From Candidatus Berkelbacteria bacterium (lineage in GTDB: Bacteria > Patescibacteriota > UBA1384 > DTJR01): a stretch of 64,000 nt of DNA. The position numbers were made by a program, and so were the translations under genes. The stretch covers positions 2,562 to 66,561 of the forward strand of contig JAOUGE010000004.1 of NCBI GenBank assembly GCA_029865605.1, in the 5' to 3' direction. Under the pieces are notes generated by a model, which saw only the letters and a program-made list of their open reading frames with translations, did not search any database and was not told the DNA's origin. Below are positions 8,112 through 17,562 of this stretch, piece after piece; within the stretch, counting starts at the first letter, position 1, and each line of letters opens with the position of its first letter.

Positions 8112-9770
8112 ATGACGAGAAAATGTATCTCATGTAAAAAAAATTTTGAGATTGAGAAAGAAGATTTAGCTTTTTACAAAAAAATTGGCCCTGTTATCAA
8201 TGAGAAAAAACTCGCAATCGATCCTCCTCGGGAATGTCCATCTTGCCGGGAGATCAGAAGGTGGGCTTATAGAAACCAGAGCTCGCTGTACAAGGCAAAA
8301 TCTGCCCTCTCCGGGGAAGAAATGATTTCTCTTTACCCTCCTATTACCGAATATACGGTATACAAAGAAAATGAGTGGTGGACGGACAAGTGGGATCCGC
8401 TTTCATACGGCCAAGAATATGATTTCTCCAGGCCATTTTTTGAACAGTTTTTCGAACTTCAAAAAAAAGTGCCGAGGCGGGCTCTCCAGCAGGACGGTAC
8501 TAACGAGAATTGCGAGTTTACTACCTACGGAACCAGTAATAAAAACTGCTATCTTGCCTTTGCTTGTAGTGTCTGTGAAGATGTCTACTATACTGATTGG
8601 TCTCATCAACTCAAAGATTGTATAGATTGTATTAAATGCGTGGGTGGTGAATTGCTATATGAGTGTGTAGATAGCAACAACTGCTATAATAGCATGCATT
8701 TAAAAGACTCTAACGCATGCCGGGAATCCTTTTTGCTTGAAGATTGCCAAAGTTGTGCCAATTGCATTTGCTGTAAAAATTTAGTCGAAAAAGAATATTA
8801 TTATTTCAACAAAAAAATCTCAAAACCCGAATATCAAAAAATAGTAGAAGAAGCAAAAAAAGACGATTTCAAGAAACTAGAAGAAAAGTTTAATAAATGG
8901 AAAAAGAGTCAGCCAGCTCGCTTTGCAAGGATTATCGGATCGGAAGAATGCACGGGTGATAATATTTTTAAGTGCAGAAACTGTAAGAAATGTTTTGACC
9001 TTTTGCTTGGAGCGGAGAATTGCAGGTATTGTTATTTCTGCGGAGGGGGTGCTAAGGAAATGTACGATTGCAATATGGCCGGCCAAGGGAGTGAGCTAAT
9101 TTATGAGATGCAAGCTACGGTTGGATCTTATAATTGCGCTTTTATTAACTTTTGTCGAATATCAAAAAATTGTTACTATTCTGATTCGCTTGGATCGTGT
9201 GATAGTTGTTTCGGTTGTATCGGCCTTAATCACAAAAACCATTGTATATTAAACGAGCAATACACAGAGGAAGAATACAAAAGATTACTGCCCAAAATTA
9301 TCGAGCATATGAGAAAGACCGGAGAGTGGGGGCGGGGTTTTCCGATTAAAAACTCGCCGTTTCCGTTTAACGATACTTCGGCATATGAACTTCATCCAAT
9401 CTCAAAGGAAGAGGCTTTAACGAAGGGCTACCTTTGGAATGACAATAAAGTTCTACCGCAAGACGAGAGCAAGATGACTAAAGACGTTTATCAATGCGTT
9501 TCCTGTCTAAGGAAATTCAAAATGATTCCGCACGAGTTATTTTTCTATGAAAGGATGAGCGTAAATAAACCCAAGCAATGCTTTTTCTGTCGAAGAAAAG
9601 AAAGACTAAAAAACAGAATCAGCTACTCGCTTTTTGAAAGAGAGTGCGTGTGCGAGGAGTCGGGTCACGGTCACGAGGGAAGGTGTAAGGTAGAATTTGA
9701 GACAACCTACGCACCGGATAGACCGGAGAAGGTATATTGTGAAGATTGTTATCAAAAATCTATTATATAA
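8112..9770 (+). CDS. cysteine-rich paralog A2
   Basis: 552 aa; shares the N-terminal CxxC/FYKKI module and the C-terminal CVCEESGHGHEGRC...YAPDRPEKVYCEDCYQKS module with the family. Confidence 0.8.
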   Translation: MTRKCISCKKNFEIEKEDLAFYKKIGPVINEKKLAIDPPRECPSCREIRRWAYRNQSSLYKAKSALSGEEMISLYPPITEYTVYKENEWWTDKWDPLSYGQEYDFSRPFFEQFFELQKKVPRRALQQDGTNENCEFTTYGTSNKNCYLAFACSVCEDVYYTDWSHQLKDCIDCIKCVGGELLYECVDSNNCYNSMHLKDSNACRESFLLEDCQSCANCICCKNLVEKEYYYFNKKISKPEYQKIVEEAKKDDFKKLEEKFNKWKKSQPARFARIIGSEECTGDNIFKCRNCKKCFDLLLGAENCRYCYFCGGGAKEMYDCNMAGQGSELIYEMQATVGSYNCAFINFCRISKNCYYSDSLGSCDSCFGCIGLNHKNHCILNEQYTEEEYKRLLPKIIEHMRKTGEWGRGFPIKNSPFPFNDTSAYELHPISKEEALTKGYLWNDNKVLPQDESKMTKDVYQCVSCLRKFKMIPHELFFYERMSVNKPKQCFFCRRKERLKNRISYSLFERECVCEESGHGHEGRCKVEFETTYAPDRPEKVYCEDCYQKSII

Positions 9771-9852
9771 AAACAATCTTCATGGTGAGCGAAGTCGAAT
9801 CCATGAAAAGTGCTACCAAAACGCCGTGTTATAAGGTATAATTACACTGTAA

Positions 9853-11853
9853 ATGGATAAAGAACAAGCAAGAAAACGCATCGAGGTTTTGCGCAAAGAA
9901 ATCGATGAAAATCGTTACCTTTATCATGTTCTCGACAAGCCGCGGGTTTCCGATGCGGTTGACGATTCTCTTAAAAGAGAGCTAGCCAAACTCGAGGAAC
10001 AGTTTCCCGACCTGGTAACGCCTGATTCGCCGACGCAGAGAATTGGCGGGAAGCCGCTCGATAAATTTAAAAAAGTCCGTCATAGAATCCCGATGCTCTC
10101 TTTAAATGATGCCTTCTCCGAAGATGATTTAAAAGCTTGGGAGCAGCGGCTTATCAAACTAGCCGGCGAGAAAAAGATTAAGAATTCGGGCTTCTACTGC
10201 GAGCTTAAAATGGACGGCTTGGCCGTCAGTTTGCAGTATCAAAAAGGAGTTTTAACTGTTGGCACGACCCGCGGCGACGGCCAGATAGGGGAGGATGTAA
10301 CTAATAATTTGAAAACTGTTGAGTCAGTCCCGTTAAAATTAAGGGGTGATGTGGCCGAAGAAATAGAAGTTCGCGGTGAAGTGTATTTGCCCAAAAAAGA
10401 TTTTGAAAAGTTAAATGAAGAACAAAAAAAGAAGGGCGGGCAAATATTCGCCAACCCCCGAAATATTTCTGCCGGCTCAATCCGCCAGCTCGATCCAAAA
10501 ATCACCGCTTCCCGCAATCTGCAGTTTATGATGTATTCGATCCCGACCAGGCTTGATCTTCAATCTCATCACGAAGAGCACGATTTGGCCAAAAAACTTG
10601 GCTTTAAAACAAGTGATAAAAACAAAGTTTGCAAGGACATCAACGAAGTATTATCTTTTCTTAAACATTGGGAAAAAGCGCGCCAGGGTTTGCCTTTTCA
10701 AACTGACGGAGTGGTAGTTGGGGTCGACGATAAGAAGGTTTTTGAACAATTGGGCGTTGTTGGCAAAGCGCCGAGGGGACGGATTGCCTATAAATTTGCT
10801 GCCGAAGAAGCGACTTCTCAGATTAAGGATATTGTTGTTCAAGTCGGGCGCACCGGCAAGCTCACGCCTGTGGCTCATCTTGAGCCGACTTTGGTTGCGG
10901 GCTCGACAATTTCGCGGGCGACGCTTCATAATGCTGATGAAATAAAACGTAAGGACATTAAAATTGGAGATACGGTTGTAATCCACAAGGCCGGTGATGT
11001 TATTCCCGAAGTCAAAGAAGTGATAAAGCGAATGCGAAGCGGCGACGAGAAGGAATTTCATATGCCAAAAGAGTGCCCGATTTGCGGCGGCAAGGTGATT
11101 AAAAGAGAGGGCGAGGTTGATTGGTATTGCGCAGATAGGGATTGTTCGGTAAGGGTGATGCGCTCGATCGGTCATTTTGTCTCAAAAGGTGCTTTTGAAA
11201 TAGACGGTTTGGGGCCGAAGATAATCCAAAAACTAATCGAAGTCGGGTTGGTAAAAGATGCAACCGATATTTTTGATTTAAAACAGGGCGACCTGGAACC
11301 GCTTGAAAGATTTGCCGAGAAATCGGCTCAAAACCTCGTTGAGTCTATCGAAGCAAGCAAGGAAATATCGCTTGACCGGTTTATTTACTCGCTTGGCATT
11401 CGCCACGTCGGCTCGGTTATGGCTCAGGATTTAGCCCGTCAGTTCGGAACGCTTGAAAAATTTACCAAAGCTTGCCATGAAGATTTTGACAGAATGTATG
11501 GTGTGGGAGGGAAAGTCGCCGACAGTATTATTGAATTTTTAGAAGAGGAAAAAAACCTGCGCTTGATTGAGAAAATGCAAAAACTCGGCGTGAAAATAAA
11601 AAGTTTTGAATCGGCCGTGAAAGCCGATAAGTTGAAAGATCAGAGTTTTGTTGTCACCGGTTCGCTTGAAACAATGACACGCGAGGAAGCCCATAAGAAA
11701 ATCATTCAATACGGCGGCGAAGTTCACACCAGCGTTTCATCTCAAACCAACTTTTTAATCGTCGGCGAAGAACCCGGCTCAAAGTTAGATAAAGCGAAAA
11801 AGTTAGGCGTTAAACAAATTTCAGAAAAGAATTTTCTTGAAATGATCTCGTAA
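9853..11853 (+). CDS. ligA: NAD-dependent DNA ligase
   Basis: KxDG adenylation motif (CELKMDGLAVSL), OB, Zn-finger (CPICGG), HhH and C-terminal BRCT; 666 aa. Confidence 0.9.
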   Translation: MDKEQARKRIEVLRKEIDENRYLYHVLDKPRVSDAVDDSLKRELAKLEEQFPDLVTPDSPTQRIGGKPLDKFKKVRHRIPMLSLNDAFSEDDLKAWEQRLIKLAGEKKIKNSGFYCELKMDGLAVSLQYQKGVLTVGTTRGDGQIGEDVTNNLKTVESVPLKLRGDVAEEIEVRGEVYLPKKDFEKLNEEQKKKGGQIFANPRNISAGSIRQLDPKITASRNLQFMMYSIPTRLDLQSHHEEHDLAKKLGFKTSDKNKVCKDINEVLSFLKHWEKARQGLPFQTDGVVVGVDDKKVFEQLGVVGKAPRGRIAYKFAAEEATSQIKDIVVQVGRTGKLTPVAHLEPTLVAGSTISRATLHNADEIKRKDIKIGDTVVIHKAGDVIPEVKEVIKRMRSGDEKEFHMPKECPICGGKVIKREGEVDWYCADRDCSVRVMRSIGHFVSKGAFEIDGLGPKIIQKLIEVGLVKDATDIFDLKQGDLEPLERFAEKSAQNLVESIEASKEISLDRFIYSLGIRHVGSVMAQDLARQFGTLEKFTKACHEDFDRMYGVGGKVADSIIEFLEEEKNLRLIEKMQKLGVKIKSFESAVKADKLKDQSFVVTGSLETMTREEAHKKIIQYGGEVHTSVSSQTNFLIVGEEPGSKLDKAKKLGVKQISEKNFLEMIS

Positions 11854-11902
11854 ATATTTTGCATTTTTTCCTTTTCTTGATAAGATATAAATTGAGGTTT
11901 TT

Positions 11903-12208
11903 ATGCTGAAAAAAGAAGACGTTGAACACGTCGCTAAGCTTTCGCGTTTGGAATTATCTGATGCGGAAATTGAAAAATTTACGCCGCAACTGTCTTCTGT
12001 TTTTGAAATGTTTGAAAAATTGGACGCCGAAGATTTGAAAAACGTTGAAGAAACATCGCAGGTGACAGGACTCGAAAATGTCACCCGCGAAGACGAGATA
12101 AAGTGTCTTGACGATTTAACTTGCTGCACGACCGAAGAACTGCTAAAAAATATTCCCATTAAAGAAAGCAGTTCAATTTTGGTTCCTAAAGTAATTGAGG
12201 ATAAATGA
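11903..12208 (+). CDS. gatC: Asp/Glu-tRNA amidotransferase subunit C
   Basis: 101 aa; GatC pattern (VEHVAKLSRLELSDAEIEKF...LDAEDLKNVEETSQVTG). Confidence 0.8.
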   Translation: MLKKEDVEHVAKLSRLELSDAEIEKFTPQLSSVFEMFEKLDAEDLKNVEETSQVTGLENVTREDEIKCLDDLTCCTTEELLKNIPIKESSSILVPKVIEDK

Positions 12209-13683
12209 GCAATCTATGTAATTTAACAATTGCCGAAGCTTCAAAGCAGCTTGCCGAGGGCAAGATAACTTCAGCGGATCTGACGAAGTCGGTTTTAGAA
12301 AGGATTGAACAAGTCGAGCCGAAAGTCGAGGCCTATTTGAAAGTGCTTGAGGATTCGGCACTCAAAGAAGCGGAAGCGTCGGATAAAAGACGCCAAGCTG
12401 GAAAGCCGCTTAGCAAATTGGATGGTGTTCCAATCGCGGTTAAAGATTTGTTTTGCACTAAAGACGTTGAAACAACCGCCGCCTCTAATATTCTGAAGGG
12501 GTTTGTACCGTGCTATGAAGCAACAGCGGTTAAAAAATTAAAAGATGCGGGGGTGGTTTTAGTCGGCAAATTAAATCAAGACGCTTTTGCCCACGGGTCA
12601 TCAACCGAAAATTCGGATTTCAAAGTGACCAAGAATCCATGGGATTTGGAGCGGGTGCCGGGGGGATCAAGCGGCGGCTCTGCCGCCGCCGTTGCCGCCG
12701 ATGAGTGCCTCGGCGCGCTTGGCACGGATACCGGCGGCTCGATTCGCCAGCCGGCATCTTTGTGCGGAGTCGTCGGACTCAAGCCAACCTACGGCCGTGT
12801 ATCGAGATACGGCGTAATTGCGATGGCATCTTCACTGGATGTGATTGGCCCGCTAGCCAAGACTACAGAAGACGCAGCTTTGATTATGGAAGTGATTGCC
12901 GGTCGCGATTCTCTTGACGGGACGACTTTAGGTGCACCGGTGCCGGAGTATTCGAAAGAACTTGAGAAGGATATGAAAGGTCTTAAGGTTGGCGTTCCTA
13001 AGGAATATTTTGCTGAGGGGATGGATGAGGACGTAAAAAAGGTTATCGAAAAGTCGGTTGAAAAATTAAAATCTCTTGGCGCGGAAATCGCTGAAATCTC
13101 ACTCCCCCACACCGATATGGCTCTGGCGACTTATTATATTCTTCAGCCTGCTGAAGTGAGTTCGAATCTTTCTCGCTACGATGGAATAAAGTACGGGTTT
13201 TCGACTCTGCGGGAAGAAAAAGAACAACCGCTTGAAAAAGTATATTTTGAATCCCGAGGACAGGGTTTTGGCGCGGAGGCAAAAAGAAGAGTTATGCTCG
13301 GGACCCATGTTTTATCGGCTGGCTACTACGATGCATATTACAAGAAAGCAATGAAGCTCCGCACTCTTGTAAAAAAGGATTTTGACGAGGCATTTAAAAA
13401 AGTTGATGTTATAGTTACGCCCGTCTCGCCAACTCCGGCGTTTAAAATTGGCGAAAAATCTGATAATCCAATCCAGATGTATCTTTCAGACATTTACACA
13501 GTCCCGATCAATCCCGCGGGAGTTCCGGCAATTTCAACACCAGCTGGATTTGTCGAACGTGATGGTAAAAAACTTCCGGTCGGGATACAGATTATTGGGC
13601 CTATGCTCGGCGAGCCAGTTATTCTAAATGTCTCTTATCAGCTTGAAAAAGCACTTTCTTTAAAAGATAGGCCGAAATTATGA
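12205..13683 (+). CDS. gatA: Asp/Glu-tRNA amidotransferase subunit A
   Basis: Amidase signature GGSSGGSAAAVA and catalytic Ser-cisSer-Lys context; start overlaps the gatC stop. Confidence 0.9.
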   Translation: MSNLCNLTIAEASKQLAEGKITSADLTKSVLERIEQVEPKVEAYLKVLEDSALKEAEASDKRRQAGKPLSKLDGVPIAVKDLFCTKDVETTAASNILKGFVPCYEATAVKKLKDAGVVLVGKLNQDAFAHGSSTENSDFKVTKNPWDLERVPGGSSGGSAAAVAADECLGALGTDTGGSIRQPASLCGVVGLKPTYGRVSRYGVIAMASSLDVIGPLAKTTEDAALIMEVIAGRDSLDGTTLGAPVPEYSKELEKDMKGLKVGVPKEYFAEGMDEDVKKVIEKSVEKLKSLGAEIAEISLPHTDMALATYYILQPAEVSSNLSRYDGIKYGFSTLREEKEQPLEKVYFESRGQGFGAEAKRRVMLGTHVLSAGYYDAYYKKAMKLRTLVKKDFDEAFKKVDVIVTPVSPTPAFKIGEKSDNPIQMYLSDIYTVPINPAGVPAISTPAGFVERDGKKLPVGIQIIGPMLGEPVILNVSYQLEKALSLKDRPKL

Positions 13684-14126
13684 GCAAATATCAACACAAA
13701 AAGAAAAGAAATGTGGATGGAATCGGCTCCTCATTTTTTGGCCTTTTGGAAAGAGGAGTCGAGCGGCTTTTTGAGAGGGTATTTAGGCCCAAAGCGACTT
13801 TTGCAGTTTTTTCTCGGGGCGAGTTGACCCAGCTCTGGCAGGGGATGGAAGCAATGGAACCTCGGCTGGCAATAATTGAGGCTGACAAACTTGTTGATAC
13901 AGTTTTGAAGAAAGCCGGCGTGGAGGGGGAATCATTTGCCGACCGCTTGCGCAAAGTTGAAAAGCTGGTTGACAGGAATATTTATAATGGAATGTGGGAG
14001 GCGCATAAAGCTCGCAACGAGCTTGTCCACGAAATCAATCATTCGGTAGATGTGTCAAAATCCCACGTCCTACTTGCAAAAATGAAGGATTTTTTGACCG
14101 CATTGGGGGCATTTAAAAATGACTGA
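13680..14126 (+). CDS. hypothetical protein inserted between gatA and gatB
   Basis: 148-aa ORF whose start and stop overlap gatA and gatB (translational coupling); no recognisable family. Confidence 0.45.
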   Translation: MSKYQHKKKRNVDGIGSSFFGLLERGVERLFERVFRPKATFAVFSRGELTQLWQGMEAMEPRLAIIEADKLVDTVLKKAGVEGESFADRLRKVEKLVDRNIYNGMWEAHKARNELVHEINHSVDVSKSHVLLAKMKDFLTALGAFKND

Positions 14127-15537
14127 AGAATTTAGGACGGTTATAGGACTTGAAATCCACGTTCAGCTTAACACAAGAGCCAAGATGTTTTGCGGTTGCG
14201 ATAATAACGCAGAAGGCAAAGAGCCGAATACGGTTGTTTGCCCGGTTTGTATGGGTATGCCGGGAACCTTGCCGGTTGCAAGTCGCGAGGCGATCGAAAA
14301 GACAATAAAATTGGGGCTAGCACTTGGATGCGAGATTCCCAAGATTTCAAAATTTGACCGCAAGCATTATTTTTATCCCGACCTACCTAAAGGTTATCAG
14401 ATTAGCCAATACGATCAGCCGTTTTGTAAGGGCGGACAAATAGAGCTCGAGTCAGGGACTGTCAAATTAAACAGAGTTCATTTAGAGGAGGATGCCGGAA
14501 AGTTAGTTCATCCGAAAGGGAGCAAATATTCGATCGTGGATTTAAATAGAGCCGGCACACCGCTTTTAGAGATTGTCAGCGAGCCGGATATTACCTCGCC
14601 AGCAATGGCCAAGGATTATATGAAAGAACTTCATTTGATTTTACGAAATTTAAGGATTTCAGATGCGGATATGGAAAAGGGTCAGATGCGCTGTGACGCA
14701 AATATATCAGTCCAGTTAAAAGGGGAAAGGAGAAAGGGTAAAGTAGCTAGCTCACCGATTGTGGAGATAAAAAATTTAAATTCATTTCGTTTCGTGGAAA
14801 AAGCGCTGGCACACGAAGAAAAAAAATTGCAAGAAGAATTCGAGAAGTGGCCGGAAAAAAAGACGAAACTGACTCACGGTTTTGACTCAAATCGCGGCAC
14901 GACTTATCCGATGCGCGAAAAAGAGGAAGCCAAAGACTATCGTTATTTTCCTGAGCCGGATGTTCCGCCGTTTGATTTGACTAGGTTTCCGATTGAAAAA
15001 TGGAAGAAGGAACTGCCCAAACTGCCAAGTCACCACCGTGCTCGGTTGTCTGAACTTGGCTTAACTAAAGAAGAAGCTAACATCATCGCAAAGGATGACA
15101 CGATAAAGGATGTGATCGAAAATGTAGCGGAGAAAAATAAGGCGATTATTGGGAAACTGTTGATCAATAACGTAGAGGCCAGGAAACTTTCGATTGAGGC
15201 TCTTAATCAGATTGCTGATACGATAAGAGATGGCAGCCCGTCAAATTGGGTACGAGATATGATCAGGAGGTCTGTGAAGAGCGGGAAGCTGCCTCTGGAA
15301 ATTGTTAAAGAAACAAAGGGCTTGGCACCGAGCTCGGAAGAAATCTCAGAAAAAACGAAGGAATTTACGAAATTTCTTATTTCTGAAAATCCTGATGTGG
15401 TCCAGAAACATAAGGCAGGAAAAGCCGGAGCCTTGGAGTTTTTAATCGGGCAGGGTATGAAAATGACGAAAGGCACTGTGAACCCGAAAGAGTTAAGGGA
15501 AGAACTAGTTAAGCAGTTGGAAGAGGAGAAAAGATGA
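14119..15537 (+). CDS. gatB: Asp/Glu-tRNA amidotransferase subunit B
   Basis: GLEIHVQLNTRAKMFCGC...CPVCMGMPGTLPV N-terminal GatB signature; 472 aa. Confidence 0.9.
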   Translation: MTEEFRTVIGLEIHVQLNTRAKMFCGCDNNAEGKEPNTVVCPVCMGMPGTLPVASREAIEKTIKLGLALGCEIPKISKFDRKHYFYPDLPKGYQISQYDQPFCKGGQIELESGTVKLNRVHLEEDAGKLVHPKGSKYSIVDLNRAGTPLLEIVSEPDITSPAMAKDYMKELHLILRNLRISDADMEKGQMRCDANISVQLKGERRKGKVASSPIVEIKNLNSFRFVEKALAHEEKKLQEEFEKWPEKKTKLTHGFDSNRGTTYPMREKEEAKDYRYFPEPDVPPFDLTRFPIEKWKKELPKLPSHHRARLSELGLTKEEANIIAKDDTIKDVIENVAEKNKAIIGKLLINNVEARKLSIEALNQIADTIRDGSPSNWVRDMIRRSVKSGKLPLEIVKETKGLAPSSEEISEKTKEFTKFLISENPDVVQKHKAGKAGALEFLIGQGMKMTKGTVNPKELREELVKQLEEEKR

Positions 15538-15836
15538 AAAACGTAAGAACAGCAATAATAAATTCACTTGGTGTCCTAATTTATGTGGCGATTGTCTCAA
15601 CTGTGATGACTTATGCCGAAAAGATTTTTGGCAAGATGAATACGATTGTTGGGGCAGTCGGATTTCTGATGCTTTTTACTCTTTCGGCTGGAGTTGTTGG
15701 TTCATTGATAATCGGCAAGCCGATTATGCTGTATATTGATAATAAGAAAAAGGAAGCGGTAAGTCTACTTGTTTGGACTTTGGTTTTCCTTGCTATAATT
15801 ACTATCGCAGTTTTAATTTATTTGGGGGTGAGATAA
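15534..15836 (+). CDS. small integral membrane protein (3 predicted TM helices)
   Basis: 100-aa hydrophobic ORF overlapping the gatB stop and ending 1 nt before paralog B1. Confidence 0.45.
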   Translation: MKNVRTAIINSLGVLIYVAIVSTVMTYAEKIFGKMNTIVGAVGFLMLFTLSAGVVGSLIIGKPIMLYIDNKKKEAVSLLVWTLVFLAIITIAVLIYLGVR

Positions 15837-15837
15837 A

Positions 15838-17562
15838 ATGCCACAAACAAAACAATGTAAACAGTGTAGCCAGGAATTTCAGATAACAGATGATGATTTA
15901 GAATTTTTGAAGAAAGTAAGCCCGATTTTACAGGGGCAAACTATTTTAATCTCTCCGCCGACTCTCTGTCCGACTTGCAGAGAGATCAAGAGATTATGCT
16001 GGCGGAATGAGCGAAGTTTGTACAAAAGAAAATCGGATAAGTCAGGCAGGGAAATTGTTTCTATTTATTCGCCTGATAAAACCGATTATCAGGTGTATGA
16101 TATTTCCGAATATCAAAGCGATGAATTTGACCCGATGAGTTTCGGCCAGGAATATGATTTTTCAAAAAGCTTCTTTGCCCAATACGACGAATTGCTTCAT
16201 AAGGTTCCGAGAAAAGCTAGCAACACAACTAGAAATGAAAACAGTGACTACTGTAACCAAACATGGCAAACCAAAGATTCATATCTTTGTTTTAATGTTG
16301 GTTATGCTGAGAACTGCCTTTACTGCACAGAAGCTTTCCATGTTAAAAATTGTGTAGATTGTTTTGATATAAGAGATTGCGAGTATTGCTATAGTTGTTT
16401 TGATTGCGTTAACTGTAACAAATCGAAATATATTGAACACTGTAGAGATTGTTTTGAGTGCTATTTTATTTATGACTGTTTGGGTTGCAAAAATGTTGTT
16501 CTTTCCAGCGGCCTTCATAACAAACAGTATGTCTTTGAAAATAAACAGTTAACAAAAGAGGAATACGAAGAGAGGGTAAAAAACATCGATTTTTCCAGTA
16601 GAGCTGCAATGGATGAGCTTAAAAAGCGATTCGAAGAATTGAAAAAGAGTGCCATTCATCGCGAGAACAATAATATTTCTTCAGAAAATTGCACGGGAGA
16701 TTATTTGATCGAATGTAAGGATTGCACAGATTGTTATAATGCCCTGAAAAGTGAGGGGTGCAAAAGGGTTGCCGGAATTGATGATGCTTCGCGCGATTGT
16801 CGAGATATGAACATTATTACTGAGGCGGAGCTTTGCTATGAAGGCACAAGTGTGACCGGACACAAAAACCTTTTAAGCGTTTTTGTGGTCTATGGCAGTG
16901 ATAATATATATTGTAATTTTTGCGAAAATTGCAACAACTGCTTCGGGTGTGTCGGACTAAACCACAAACAATACTGCATCTTGAATAAACAGTATGCGAA
17001 AGATGAATATGAGAAACTGCTAGCAAAAACAATTGAGAAGATGAAAGAGGACAATGAGTGGGGAGAATTTTTCCCGATGAGCATTTCTCCGTTTGGTTAT
17101 AACGAGGCATTAGTAAATGCCTATCATCCAAAATCAAAAGATGAGGCAAAAAAACTTGGTGCAAAATGGCAAGACAATGATTATTCTCTTCAATATCAGG
17201 GTGAATTTTATGCGCCAAAGGATTCTATAAAGGAATATGTTGCCTCGAATGACGAAGTAAAAAATTTGCTCAATGGAGTCTTGGAATGCGAGACAAGCGG
17301 AAAAGCATTTAAGGTCATGCCGCAGGAAATCGCTTTTTACATGGAGCATAATATTCCTGTTCCATCCAAGCACTCTGAGATTCGATACGAAGAATTATTT
17401 AAAAAAAGAAATCCCCGTAAACTCCACCACCGCCAGTGTATGTGTGAAGAATCTGGCCACGATCATGGCGGACGTTGTCCTGTTGAATTTGAAACCACCT
17501 ACGCACCCGACCGGCCGGAGAAGATTTATTGTGAAAACTGTTATCAGAAATCAGTTATATGA
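15838..17562 (+). CDS. cysteine-rich paralog B1
   Basis: 574 aa; the same conserved termini as A1 (CKQCSQEF..DDDLEF.KKVSP...CPTCREIKRLCWRNERSLYKRK; ...HRQCMCEESGHDHGGRC..FETTYAPDRPEKIYCENCYQKSVI). Confidence 0.8.
   Translation: MPQTKQCKQCSQEFQITDDDLEFLKKVSPILQGQTILISPPTLCPTCREIKRLCWRNERSLYKRKSDKSGREIVSIYSPDKTDYQVYDISEYQSDEFDPMSFGQEYDFSKSFFAQYDELLHKVPRKASNTTRNENSDYCNQTWQTKDSYLCFNVGYAENCLYCTEAFHVKNCVDCFDIRDCEYCYSCFDCVNCNKSKYIEHCRDCFECYFIYDCLGCKNVVLSSGLHNKQYVFENKQLTKEEYEERVKNIDFSSRAAMDELKKRFEELKKSAIHRENNNISSENCTGDYLIECKDCTDCYNALKSEGCKRVAGIDDASRDCRDMNIITEAELCYEGTSVTGHKNLLSVFVVYGSDNIYCNFCENCNNCFGCVGLNHKQYCILNKQYAKDEYEKLLAKTIEKMKEDNEWGEFFPMSISPFGYNEALVNAYHPKSKDEAKKLGAKWQDNDYSLQYQGEFYAPKDSIKEYVASNDEVKNLLNGVLECETSGKAFKVMPQEIAFYMEHNIPVPSKHSEIRYEELFKKRNPRKLHHRQCMCEESGHDHGGRCPVEFETTYAPDRPEKIYCENCYQKSVI

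Noticed and set aside
7657-8133. Minus-strand ORFs overlapping the Cys-rich paralogs (7657-8133, 16817-17218, 18801-19265 and similar)
   Set aside because: They lie entirely antisense within or across strongly supported plus-strand genes, their products are low-complexity and hydrophobic, and they have no RBS. They are shadow ORFs.
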